A stretch of 32,000 bases of DNA, from assembly GCA_046350815.1 (NCBI GenBank), contig JAXLZO010000001.1:630001-662000 (forward strand), in the 5' to 3' direction. The notes beneath the pieces were generated by a model. It was not told where the DNA came from. It saw only the letters and a program-made list of their open reading frames with translations, and ran no database searches. The number at the start of each line of letters is the position of its first letter. Positions within the stretch are counted from its first letter, which is position 1. The DNA is from Candidatus Saccharimonadota bacterium (GTDB taxonomy: Bacteria > Patescibacteriota > Gracilibacteria > BD1-5 > UBA2023). Position numbers and translations under genes: made by a program. This document shows positions 11,206 to 20,373 of this stretch, one piece after another.

Positions 11206-12642
11206 ATGGATTTCTCCAGCCTCGCGACTCCTCTTTTTCTTTTCATCGTTGCCTATCTTGCCGTCGATCTTCTCATCGGCCTCTATGTTGCACGTCGTGT
11301 GAAGACTTCTGCAGATTTTATCCTTGCAGGGAGGAGCCTCTCGCTTCCAGTCGTTATTGCGACTGCTTTTGCGACTTGGTTCGGCTCTGAGACGATTATT
11401 GCAACGGCTGCTGAGATGCTCAATCATGGGTTTCTCGGAGTGATCACCGATCCTTTTGGTACAGCACTGTGCCTCATACTTATTGGTATCTTCTTTGCGA
11501 AGAAACTCTATTCACTTCATCATCTCACGATCGGTGACTATTATCGAGAACGATATGGGAGATTTGTAGAGATTATCTGTTCACTCATTATCGCGCTTTC
11601 GTATTTTGGGTGGGTTGCAGCTCAATTTATAGCACTTGGAATCATATTCCAAACAGTGACATGAGGAGCGATTTCGCAGACGTACGGTATGTTTATCGGC
11701 GCGCTCGTTGTCCTCATCTATACCTATCGAGGCGGTATGATCTCGGTAGCGATCACGGATTTCATCGAGATGTTAGTGATATTTGTCGGTCTCATCGCAA
11801 TTTTTTGGTATCTTCAGGATAAGGCTGGTTGATTTGCTCATGTATTGAGCGTAACACCCATTGATCATTTCCGATTGACTCCTGCGGATTTCACAGCAAA
11901 AGATTATCTCGCCTACATTGCAGCATGGATCACGATTGGTCTCGGTTCAATACCGCAGCAAGATGTTTATCAGCGTATCATGTCAGCAAAAAATGCGAGT
12001 ACCGCGCGTTGGGGATCGATTATCGCAGGATTGTTATATCTCTCGTTTGCTATGATTCCTCTCGGTCTTGCACTCATTGCTCGAGTTTTAGAGCCAAGTT
12101 TTATTGGTATGAATGATGCAGAGGGCGTGATTCCTTCACTGGTGCTCAATCATGCTCCGCTTTTTCTTCAGATTATTTTCTTTGGCGCGCTGCTCTCAGC
12201 TATTATGAGTACGGCTTCTGGTGCACTTTTGGCTCCTGCGACGATCCTCTCTCGCAATTTTCTCCATCCGCTCTTTCGGGGCAATCTCTCGGATAAGAGT
12301 TTTCTCCGCCTGACTCGTATCTGTGTGATATTCGTAGCAATGGTTGCTATGTATCTTGCTCTCGGTGACTCGACGATATTTGAACTCGTGCAAAATTCCT
12401 ATACCTTTGTGCTTGTTGGAGCCTTTGTACCACTTGCATTTGGTCTCTATACCAAGTGGGCAAATACAGCTGGAGCAGTATTATCAAGTAGTTTTGGAAT
12501 TATTGCTTGGATCTATGCGAGTATGCATGAGACGGAGGCAACGGTAGTACCTGCATTGATTGTATGATTTCTTGCATCTATTCTTGGTATGATACTGGGT
12601 GGTATTTTACTAAAAATTATCAAATTTTATTCTCGTTCTTAG
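11206..12642 (+). CDS. sodium:solute symporter family (SSF) transporter
   Basis: ATG 11206. Fragments join through TGA 11662, 11830 and 12565, ending at TAG 12640-12642 (478 aa). The N-terminal signature DFILAGRSLSLPVVIATAFATWFGSETIIATAAE and 12 or more TM segments are typical of SSF (PutP/CHT-like) carriers. The substrate cannot be determined. Confidence 0.85.
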
Positions 12643-13183
12643 AATTTGATTCTATGATTGATAGCAGAAGATCTTTTATCTCTGTTAATTTTTTAGGGAA
12701 TGGCGGATTTATGCCCGCAATCTCAAGAGTTTTATGATAATCTGTTAAATCCGCTTTCGTTATAAGGAGATTCTTAGAAATATGTGTTTCTATTGTTTCC
12801 AGTACAGTTTGCAGATGTTGATTTGTTTTGTTATTGGTGATATTTGATGTTAAATTTTGATCATTCTTAGTAGTATTTGATGCATCAATACTTTCAGTAG
12901 TTGCATCTATATATGATCTGGCTCATAGAATTTCTCGCATCATAATCAAAATACTTCTTAATGTTTTTTTGCTTTTTGGAGACAATCATAGAATTCGCTT
13001 TGCTTCAATTATATCAATATCTGTGATAGGATTATTATTATGAGACTGTTTTTGTAATTTTTGATAGTAGTCTTCGATATGTCTAAGTAATAACTCTTCT
13101 TTTGATGGTACTGGAACGGTATGGATTTCTTTTGAACGCATACTCTCAAATATGATTTCTCATTGATGATGTTTTGTTGTCAT
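12617..13183 (-). CDS. hypothetical protein (188 aa)
   Basis: ATG is the complement of 13181-13183. There are 4 in-frame TGA and no TAA/TAG until the complement of 12617-12619. It is absent from the ORF track only because every standard-code fragment is under 60 aa. Its 3' end overlaps the symporter 3' end by 26 nt (convergent). Confidence 0.45.
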
Positions 13184-13295
13184 ATGAAATTACAGTAAAT
13201 TATATATGATTTTATCTGAGAATTTTTATATTATATAAATTTTTACAAAATGTCAAAATTCATTATGATGACATGACAATAGTAATCAATAGTAT

Positions 13296-13550
13296 ATGTT
13301 TCGTGTAAATCAAACAAAATGTGGTACGAAAGTACAAGTCGTTCACCAAAAAACAGGGTTAGTTGCTCAGAATCCTACTATTCTTGCTCTTCGTCCGAAC
13401 TATGGAGGAGCAGCACGCATTGAGATAGGCGAATCCATGCATAAAGATCATTTCTTGAAAGAAACAAGAGATGCAGTGCATTTTGTTATCAATGGAAGAG
13501 GTGTATCTCCAGGGGTATTCCTCGAAGAGCTTATAGAAGGAAAAAAATAA
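13296..13550 (+). CDS. hypothetical small protein (84 aa)
   Basis: Intact ATG-TAA ORF followed immediately by a hairpin. No recognisable motif. Confidence 0.5.
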   Translation: MFRVNQTKCGTKVQVVHQKTGLVAQNPTILALRPNYGGAARIEIGESMHKDHFLKETRDAVHFVINGRGVSPGVFLEELIEGKK

Positions 13551-13575
13551 AAAGAGCCAATTGGCTCTTTTTATT
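13551..13575. terminator. bidirectional terminator hairpin between convergent genes
   Basis: Perfect palindrome aaagagccaa/ttggctcttt (13551-13570) with T-run and A-run flanks. It lies between the 13296-13550 (+) stop and the tsaC (-) stop. Confidence 0.65.
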
Positions 13576-13576
13576 T

Positions 13577-14110
13577 CTAAAAATAATTTCTACGCAAGTA
13601 GATTATTTCATTTGATCACTTCATGAATTCAAAAATATTTGACCCAGGGTTATCACATATTCCACCATTAAAAGATTGTATTTCGATGCTATTATCCTGA
13701 ATGATACTCTTTGCTTCTTCGAGGGTGTGTGCTTCTTTTTCGCCAGAATGATTGGCAGATGTGAGAAAGAGTGGATAGGGGAGGATATCTCTGATCGTTT
13801 CAGGAATACAAACTTCAGCAACTCTCAGAGAGAGCTTTTGATATTTGTCATCTGTTCTGAGCTTTGCTGGAATCGGGGCATCACTCTTGCGTTCTGCGAG
13901 ACAACTCCAAGGATGGGGATAGACTCTGAGAATCTTTATTTGTTCTTCTGAGATGTTGATGTATTTCGGGAGGTCTTCAAAGTTTTTCACGAGAATGGCG
14001 AGTGGTTTTGAGAGATCCCGATGCTTGATTGCGTAGATTTGCTCATATGCGACCTCATCGTATGAGCCTGCAAGACCATAACAGGTATCGGTTGGGATGA
14101 TGTAAATCAT
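13577..14110 (-). CDS. tsaC: L-threonylcarbamoyladenylate synthase, YrdC/Sua5 family
   Basis: MIYIIPTDTCYGLAG..., IYAIKHRDLSKPLAILV, LFLTSANHSGEKEA. ATG is the complement of 14108-14110, just after the tag stop. The track stop at 13616-13618 is TGA, so under table 25 the ORF runs 13 codons further, to TAG (complement of 13577-13579). Confidence 0.85.
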
Positions 14111-14123
14111 AGTGTATAATCTG

Positions 14124-14669
14124 CTATATTTGGTAAAATGGACAATTTGTCCCATGAGCTCCTTCCATGTATCCAGTACTGACTAGAAATTCTCGCAGAA
14201 TCTCTCCGCCAGTAAATTTGAAACCTTGTTTTTTGAAGATCTTTTGCCATTCTAGAAGTGTTATTTGACGGTCTGCATGCACTTGAATCCATTGGGCGAA
14301 TGATCCATATTGCTCTTGGATTCTGATAATTTCTTGTGCATTGTGTATGGCAGCTCCTACCTTGAGCTTATTTCGAATAATGCCCGCATCTCCGAGGAGT
14401 CTCTGGATATCTTCGCCTGTATAGGTTGCTACTTTCGCAATATTGAATTGATCATAGGCACGATAGAAATTCTCCCATTTCGTGAGTATCGTTGTCCATG
14501 AAAGTCCTGCTTGGTTGATCTCGAGAATCAGACGAGCAAAGAGTTCCGTATCATTAGGTACTTGCACACCATAATGATGGTCATGATAGTATTTATGGAG
14601 GTGATGATATTTGTCTGTTGAGGGTTGATTGCAGTATTCGCAGTATGGATGAGAGTCATTTAGTGGCAT
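14124..14669 (-). CDS. tag: DNA-3-methyladenine glycosylase I
   Basis: Cys/His-rich N-terminus (CEYC...HH..YHDHHYG), then FARLILEINQAGLSWTTIL, IIRNKLKVGAAIHNA, FKFTGGEILREFL. Intact ATG-TAG ORF with no TGA. Confidence 0.9.
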   Translation of the reverse strand: MPLNDSHPYCEYCNQPSTDKYHHLHKYYHDHHYGVQVPNDTELFARLILEINQAGLSWTTILTKWENFYRAYDQFNIAKVATYTGEDIQRLLGDAGIIRNKLKVGAAIHNAQEIIRIQEQYGSFAQWIQVHADRQITLLEWQKIFKKQGFKFTGGEILREFLVSTGYMEGAHGTNCPFYQI

Positions 14670-14683
14670 ATGTTTTCCTATTG

Positions 14684-15781
14684 TTACATGATAGAGTGGA
14701 GAATAGAGTCCTTGAGTTGATCGAGATTCTCACTCTTTGCTGCACTCACCAAGATGGCATCTTGAAAGAGGGGATTACAAAGAATCTCTTGTTTTTGTTC
14801 GCTACTCAGAAGATCACATTTATTCAACACAAGTATTCGATCATTCTTTGCTCCGATTTGCTCGAGAGTTGTATTCACCACTTTGATCTTATCCTCTCTA
14901 TTTGGATCATTTGCATCGATCACATGCAAAAGGAGGTTTGATTCGATCGAATCTTCCAGAGTGGATTTGAATGCGTCGATAAGATCAGGAGGGAGATCAC
15001 GAATGAATCAAATAGTATCGCAGATGAGAATTTCTTGCCCTCGTCCTTCGTCTGTTGCAACCCACATTTTACCGACAGATGTTCCAAGCGTTGCAAAGAG
15101 TTTATTCTCGGAGAGAACTCATTTTTTTGTGAGAGCATTTGCAAGAGCAGATTTGCCAGCATTGGTATATCCTACAATTCCGACTGTTTTTAGATCTTTG
15201 CGCTTTCGTGCTTTTCGATGCTCTGATCGAGTCCGTTCATACACTTTGAGTCGTTCACGGATTTTGTACTCGTGCTCTCTGAGATGGCGTTTCATGATTT
15301 CTGTATTTGTCTCACCAATACCCACAGATCCTATTCATCAGCCCTGGCGAGATAGTTCCATACCCATGCCAAAAATTCTTGGTCACATGTGTTTCAGGGA
15401 TGCAAGTTCGATTTGGAGTTTTGCTTCTGGTGAGGTCGCATGCTGTTCGAATATTTTGAGTATAAGATCGACACGATCCCATACTTTGATTTTGTATTTT
15501 TTCTTCTCAAAAAATTCTTCAATATGGAATATCTGAGTAGGTTTCAGGATATTACCAATGACAAGAAGTTCAGCTCAGAGTTCCTCAGCAAGCATTCCTA
15601 TCTCCTCGAGCTTGCCAGATCATACATAGGTATGATAATCTGGGTCGTCCCGTTTTTGTAAGCGTTTGAGAATTGTGACACCACCATAAGTCCAAACAAG
15701 CGATTCAAGCTCGGTCATACGAAAGTTGAGATTTTCTCCTGAGAGTCATCGCGGTGCTACATCGATAATAATAGTTTTCAT
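14684..15781 (-). CDS. hflX: GTPase HflX
   Basis: One frame from ATG (complement of 15779-15781) to TAA (complement of 14684-14686), 365 aa, checked codon by codon. Motifs: [87 protein letters not shown], NKCD. Eight TGA codons, several on invariant glycines. Confidence 0.92.
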
Positions 15782-15791
15782 TTCGAAAAAA

Positions 15792-15821
15792 ATAATCCAA
15801 AGAGTATACTCTTTGGATTAT
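15792..15821 (-). terminator. perfect 30-nt hairpin between the hypothetical gene and hflX
   Basis: ataatccaaagagta/tactctttggattat (15 bp, no mismatch), followed on the minus strand by TTTTTT. The hflX ATG lies only 10 nt further on. Confidence 0.6.
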
Positions 15822-15850
15822 ACGAAGCTATCAGCTGAAAGCCATACCAT

Positions 15851-16159
15851 TTAGTGCAACACAATGTTGAGTGCCACGTTGTTTGTTGGTTCTCGGTCAT
15901 TGTTTGTTGGCACCATGGGGCATCCATCCTGTTGCAAGCTCAGAAAGGTTGTGCACGATATAGGCGAACACCAGAGATCGTTGTCATGGTTGAGTTGTAC
16001 CAGGAAATATTCCCCCTCGATTCTAGCACAAATCAACCCCAGGGTTTCTAAGTCTTTGCGTGATGCAAGAAGCAGCGTATCAAATTCATCTGAATCTTTC
16101 ATGATGCACATCCTTCCTGATTCTATAAAAATACCAACTTGATTGTACCTATGAAACAT
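15851..16159 (-). CDS. hypothetical protein (102 aa)
   Basis: Intact ATG-TAA ORF without TGA, followed by the hairpin at 15792-15821. No motif recognised. Confidence 0.45.
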   Translation of the reverse strand: MFHRYNQVGIFIESGRMCIMKDSDEFDTLLLASRKDLETLGLICARIEGEYFLVQLNHDNDLWCSPISCTTFLSLQQDGCPMVPTNNDREPTNNVALNIVLH

Positions 16160-16255
16160 GAAATATCAAATAAGCAGTTTGTTTGATATTTGATTATCGA
16201 TTGGATAATAATTTAAGGTGGCGTAAGCATGAATTTGAGTTAAGCGTATTTTTTG

Positions 16256-16420
16256 TTGACTTCTTGTATTCTTTTTATACCATATAGATCATATGCACAT
16301 TAGAACAAATCTCATTCTCGTTGCTTTTTCACCCGTACCCCTTTCGACTCTCGAAAGGTAGTTTGTCATTTAAAAAATCCAAATCCCCCTCGAGAGTCGT
16401 AAAATCGAGGGGGATTTTTA
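16256..16420 (+). promoter_or_regulatory. candidate leader/attenuator upstream of proB-proS
   Basis: A weak promoter: TTGACT (16256-16261), 16 nt, TACCAT (16278-16283). A 22-codon ORF at 16293-16361 (MHIRTNLILVAFSPVPLSTLER). Hairpin 1 at 16340-16358 (cctttcga/tcgaaagg). A terminator at 16383-16415 (atccccctcga/tcgagggggat) plus a T-run. There is an alternative 9-bp pairing of 16346-16354 (gactctcga) with 16390-16398 (tcgagagtc). Confidence 0.4.
16383..16420 (+). terminator. intrinsic terminator-like hairpin 20 nt upstream of the proB start
   Basis: 11-bp G/C-rich stem, 11-nt loop, then TTTTTATTATTTT. It lies in a divergent intergenic region, so there is no upstream gene for it to terminate. 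Confidence 0.6.
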
Positions 16421-16439
16421 TTATTTTACTCTTTATGCT

Positions 16440-17195
16440 ATGCAACAAACAATCGTCGTAAAAATTGGAACAGAATCACTGGAGGATTTTGAGTATTCTT
16501 ACAAAGTCAATAAATTGATAGGTGATATTACACAGAGTATTCGTGACGGAATCCGAGTAATTCTTGTGAGTTCTGGAGCGGTTGGATTTGGTCGGAAGAC
16601 GCTCTGAGTTGAAAAACATCCACAAGAACACAAACCTTCCTTAGCGGCTATTGGATGGGATGTATTGATGAGTTCATACCGTCAGAAATTCTCTGAAAAT
16701 AGTATTCACGTAGCTGGATTTTTGGTGACACATGCTGATATTGCTGATAAAAGCGATCGGAGAAAAATGATTCAAGAATCGATCCACGCTTGTTTGGATC
16801 AAGGTATCCTCCCTATTATCAACGAAAATGATCCTCTCTCGATTGAAGAAATCGACGCGCTGGGTCGTGGTGGGGATAATGATCAGAATGCCCTTCTCAT
16901 TGCACAATGTTTTCAGGCACAAGATCTTGTACTCATAACCAATACAAATGGTGTCTATGAGAATCCAAATGATATATCCTCTCGAATAGCAGAAATCCAC
17001 TCTCAAGATCTCTCTGATGATATGATTACTCATTTGTGTGCTGGAAAAAGTAACACTGGAACAGGCTGAATGGCATCCAAGCTCATGGTAGGACGAGAAG
17101 CTGGAAAGTCAGATATTCGCGTGCATATTTGCAACGGTATTGAATCATGACTGAGTGATAGATGCTCTGGCGGTACAACTATTTATCCATTGTAA
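16440..17195 (+). CDS. proB: glutamate 5-kinase (short form, no PUA domain)
   Basis: MQQTIVVKIGTESL, ILVSSGAVGFGR, PIINENDPLS, GDNDQNALLIA, TNTNGVY, KSNTGTG-G(TGA 17067)-MASKL. Fragments join through TGA 16605, 17067 and 17148, ending at TAA 17193-17195 (251 aa). Confidence 0.9.
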
Positions 17196-17202
17196 TTTTT
17201 TT

Positions 17203-18417
17203 ATGCTCTACCTTTCAAAATTCCCTTTTAAAACAACAAAGAATCTCCCATCTGGTGCGGATAACCGTGGGACACAACTTCTCCTTCAGGCGTGATTTAT
17301 ACGCCAAGAAATTGCTGGTGCATATAACTATACAACTCTTTGACTGAGAGTATTGCGAAATATTCAGGAGATTATCAGACAAGAAATGGAGGCGACTGGA
17401 TCATACGAGATCTCTATGACTGCACTCGCATCACAAGAGAAATGGGAGACAACTCTTCGATGGGATAGTGTTGATGTGCTCTTCAAATTGAAAGCCGCAG
17501 AAAATCGTGAGTACGCACTCAATCCGACGCATGAGGAGGTGGTCACGACACTTATGAAAAACTGGATTCAGTCATATAAAGATCTCGAATGTATGAGTGT
17601 TTACCAATTTCAGACGAAGTTTCGTAACGAAAAGCGCGCAAAATCAGGAATTCTTCGATGAAGAGAATTTCTTATGAAAGACATGTATTCTTTTCATCGA
17701 GATCAGGCATCACTCGACACTTATTTTGAGAGAGCAAAGATTGCTTATGAACGAACATTCGAAAGGCTCGGTATTGCAGGAGATACATACTATACTCTCT
17801 CAGATGGGGCACCGTATGCAAAGTATGGATATGAATTTCAAACAGCGCTTGCGATCGGTGAGGACCTATCCTACGTATGTGATGAGTGCTGATTGGGTCA
17901 CAATAGTGAGATCATGAATGAGCAACAATTTATCTGTAGTTCATGTGGATCTTCTCAAGTAACCATCCATCAGGTCTCAGAAGTGGGAAATATTTTTAAG
18001 CTCGGAACGAAATTCAGTGATGATTTTGGTGTGACATATACAGATCAAGATGGACAAGAGAAGAGTGTCTACATGGGTTGTTATGGTATTGGAGTATCTC
18101 GTCTCATGGGTGTGCTAGCAGAGAAGTTCTCTGATGATCGAGGTCTAGTATGGTCAGAATCGATCGCTCCATACACGCATACTATTGTTGTTCTTGGTGA
18201 TCATCTTCATGAGGCTGAACTGCTCGCAAAAAAGCTCGAATGAGAAGGGTATTCTGTCATGATTGATGATCGAGAAGCAAGTTTTGGGGCAAAAGCAGCT
18301 GATGCTGATCTCTTCTGAATACCACATCGTATCGTGATCTCAGACAAAAGTATTGTGTCATGAGGATATGAGTATAAGATGAGAACGTCAGAAGCTTCTA
18401 TCATTCAATCGTTCTAA
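17203..18417 (+). CDS. proS: proline--tRNA ligase, short bacterial-type lacking the INS editing domain
   Basis: ATG 17203. Fragments 17353-17661, 17674-17892 and 17893-18243 plus the tail share one frame through 8 TGA, ending at TAA 18415-18417 (404 aa). Motifs: LLLQAGFIRQ, ALNPTHEE, FRNEKRAKSGILR-G(TGA 17659)-REFLMKDMYSFH, EVGNIFKLGTKFS, MGCYGIGVSRL. Confidence 0.92.
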
Positions 18418-18425
18418 GTAACTCT

Positions 18426-18974
18426 ATGCCGTCAAAATATCATATCATCTATCAAAAACCCTACCACTGTGCTATTGCCTGCCTCTCAATGATTCTCTAT
18501 CGCCATGCAAATATCCTCATTGATCAAGAGGAGATAGGACAGAAGCTTGGTGTCCGTATACCTCATAAAATCAAAGATATATTTGTTCATGATCTTGAGG
18601 AAATGACCAATTATGGAAATGATGAGGGGATCTCTACTATTGATCTCGCTCCTCTTATTGAGAAAATTGGCCGTGAGTATATACCATCACTCTCCGTCGA
18701 AGTCTTGAGATATCAAGATCAAGATTATCATGGACGTTTCCAGGAATTTTTGTCACAAGGAAAAGATATATGGGTTGAGTGAGTATTGGTGCATAGTGCT
18801 TCCGATACTATCTATATTCACGATCGATTATTGGATTATTATGATGGGAATTATTGGCTCATTGACCCTGATCCAAATCGAAAAAATATTGTTCAGACGA
18901 ATATAGAGGAAATTTGCAGATGCATAGATGGCTCACGAGGGAAGCAGACAGGAATACTCGTTCTATCAAAATAA
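18426..18974 (+). CDS. papain-fold cysteine peptidase, C39-like (tentative)
   Basis: ATG 18426, 8 nt after proS. It joins 18786-18974 through TGA 18780 (182 aa). N-terminal YHCAIACLSMILYRH (candidate catalytic Cys) and C-terminal IYIHDRLLDYYDGNYWLIDPDP (candidate His, then ...DP) resemble the C39/C39-like layout. This is pattern recognition only. Confidence 0.4.
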
Positions 18975-18998
18975 ACCACATGATGTGGTTTATTTTTT
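18973..18998. terminator. bidirectional terminator between convergent genes
   Basis: aaaccaca/tgtggttt stem (18973-18991) followed by ATTTTTT. It overlaps both stop codons. Confidence 0.6.
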
Positions 18999-19670
18999 GT
19001 TTTGTGTGATATAGTTTTCTATTACCTTCTTGAGTTCTTCGGGATCTTGTGTATTTGCCTGAATAAGTGCACCATCAACATAGAGACTCGGGGTTGCATT
19101 AAGCTTCCATTTGTCTGCTTGTGATTGTTGTAATTTCAGCTCTCATTCATACCATTTATCGTCGATGCATTCCTCCATTTTTGCACCGTCGAGTCCAATC
19201 TTCTCAGAGAGAAGAGCAATTTGTGAGGTATTCATGACAGTTTTTGCTAAACCTTTTATGGCACGTTCTGACTCTGTGGTATAGATAAGATCTCGATATG
19301 CATCATATTTTCACGCACTCGCAGCACACAGGGCTCATAATGCTTCTTTTCTTGAATTCTGATGATTTGGAAGTGGATAATTTTTTCGTTCAAATGTAAT
19401 AGATCCACTTTCAGCCATTTGAAGAAGCGTTGGCTCTGAGTTTTTATGAAAAGCTTGACAACCGGGACATTGGAAATCAGCGAAGAGCGTCACAACGGTT
19501 TTTCCTGATCCCTCCGAGAGTTTGAGAGTTTGGTCCTTAATTGGAGCAATACAAGTATTTGGTGCCTGATTTGGTTGATCGCAGGGGATATAAGCAACTT
19601 TTCCGCATCCAACGAGGAGAGAAGCGCTGATGATACATCCGAGCACAATGGCTCATTGAGAGAGATTCAT
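18990..19670 (-). CDS. DsbA-family thiol:disulfide oxidoreductase lipoprotein
   Basis: ATG is the complement of 19668-19670. The signal peptide has a lipobox (MNLSQGAIVLGCIISASLLVGC). Thioredoxin-fold active site FADFQCPGCQAFH. It joins the tail through TGA, ending at TAA (complement of 18990-18992), 226 aa. Confidence 0.8.
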
Positions 19671-19779
19671 GAGTAAGGAAAGAAACAAGAGGTCTATAGT
19701 ATAGAAAAATGAATTTTTATCAAACCATCTTGCATCCATTGCTCTTTCCACTAAACTTACACTATCATTTATTCACACT

Positions 19780-20373
19780 ATGATTACCAAACCAGCACTT
19801 CGCTATGCTCTCAACGCTCTTGAACCAGTTATTTCGCAAGAGACACTCGAGTATCATTCTGGAAAACATCATCAAACCTACGTTGATAATCTTAACAAGC
19901 TTATTGCTGGTACAACCCAGGAACTTGATGATCTTGAAACTATTATTCGTCACTCAAGTGGTGGAGTATTCAATAATGCGGCACAGATTTGGAATCATAC
20001 TTTCTATTTTGATTCACTCTCTCCTGAAGCCCTTGCTCGCGGTGAAGGCAATCTCCCGAGTGGCGCACTTGCTGAGAAGATCAATACTAAGTGGGGGAGT
20101 TTTGAAGTGTTCTGGTCGGCATATGCTGATCTTACGGTTAAGACATTCGGATCTGGATGGGCATGGCTTGTAGAGAAGCAAGATGGATCGCTCGATATTA
20201 TCTCTACCTCAAATGCTGAGACTCCACTCACGAATGAGACTCTCGCCCCACTCCTCACGATCGATGTCTGGGAACATGCCTACTATATCGACTATCGCAA
20301 CCTGCGAGCGAAGTATGTGGAGAGTATGAAAAAAGTAATTGATTGGGGAGTAGTTGCGGGGAGGATGAAATAA
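19780..20373 (+). CDS. sodB: Fe-type superoxide dismutase
   Basis: LEYHSGKHHQTYV, FNNAAQIWNHTFYF, GSGWAWL, DVWEHAYYIDYRN. The AAQ..WNH and IDYRN variants favour the Fe form. Intact ORF with no TGA. Confidence 0.93.
   Translation: MITKPALRYALNALEPVISQETLEYHSGKHHQTYVDNLNKLIAGTTQELDDLETIIRHSSGGVFNNAAQIWNHTFYFDSLSPEALARGEGNLPSGALAEKINTKWGSFEVFWSAYADLTVKTFGSGWAWLVEKQDGSLDIISTSNAETPLTNETLAPLLTIDVWEHAYYIDYRNLRAKYVESMKKVIDWGVVAGRMK

Noticed and set aside
12617-12642. The 26-nt convergent overlap of the symporter and the 188-aa ORF as a sign of a mis-called gene.
   Set aside because: Both frames are clean to their first TAA/TAG. A short convergent overlap is unremarkable, so I kept both, with modest confidence for the minus-strand ORF.
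14883-15536. 217-aa plus-strand ORF.
   Set aside because: It is antisense to hflX. The Ser/Arg-rich translation is typical of a shadow ORF.
16215-16240. Possible T-box element (aaggtggcgtaagc) upstream of proB-proS.
   Set aside because: It matches the T-box consensus only at GGTGG. It lies upstream of the putative promoter, far from the terminator 5' arm where a T-box sequence must sit. I found no specifier-loop or Stem I features.
16160-16440. A tRNA, SRP RNA or other structured housekeeping RNA in the 280-nt spacer before proB, and in the other spacers (11093-11205, 13184-13295, 19671-19779).
   Set aside because: I saw no cloverleaf-compatible arms, no GTTCRANNC T-loop box, and no SRP or tmRNA signature motifs. 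Only the hairpins described as leader or terminator are present.
15008-17661. TGA=Trp (code 4, Mollicutes-like) as an alternative recoding.
   Set aside because: The positions hit by TGA are invariant glycines in their families: DTxGFI and GGGxG in HflX, RGREF in ProRS, GTGGM in ProB. None is a Trp position.
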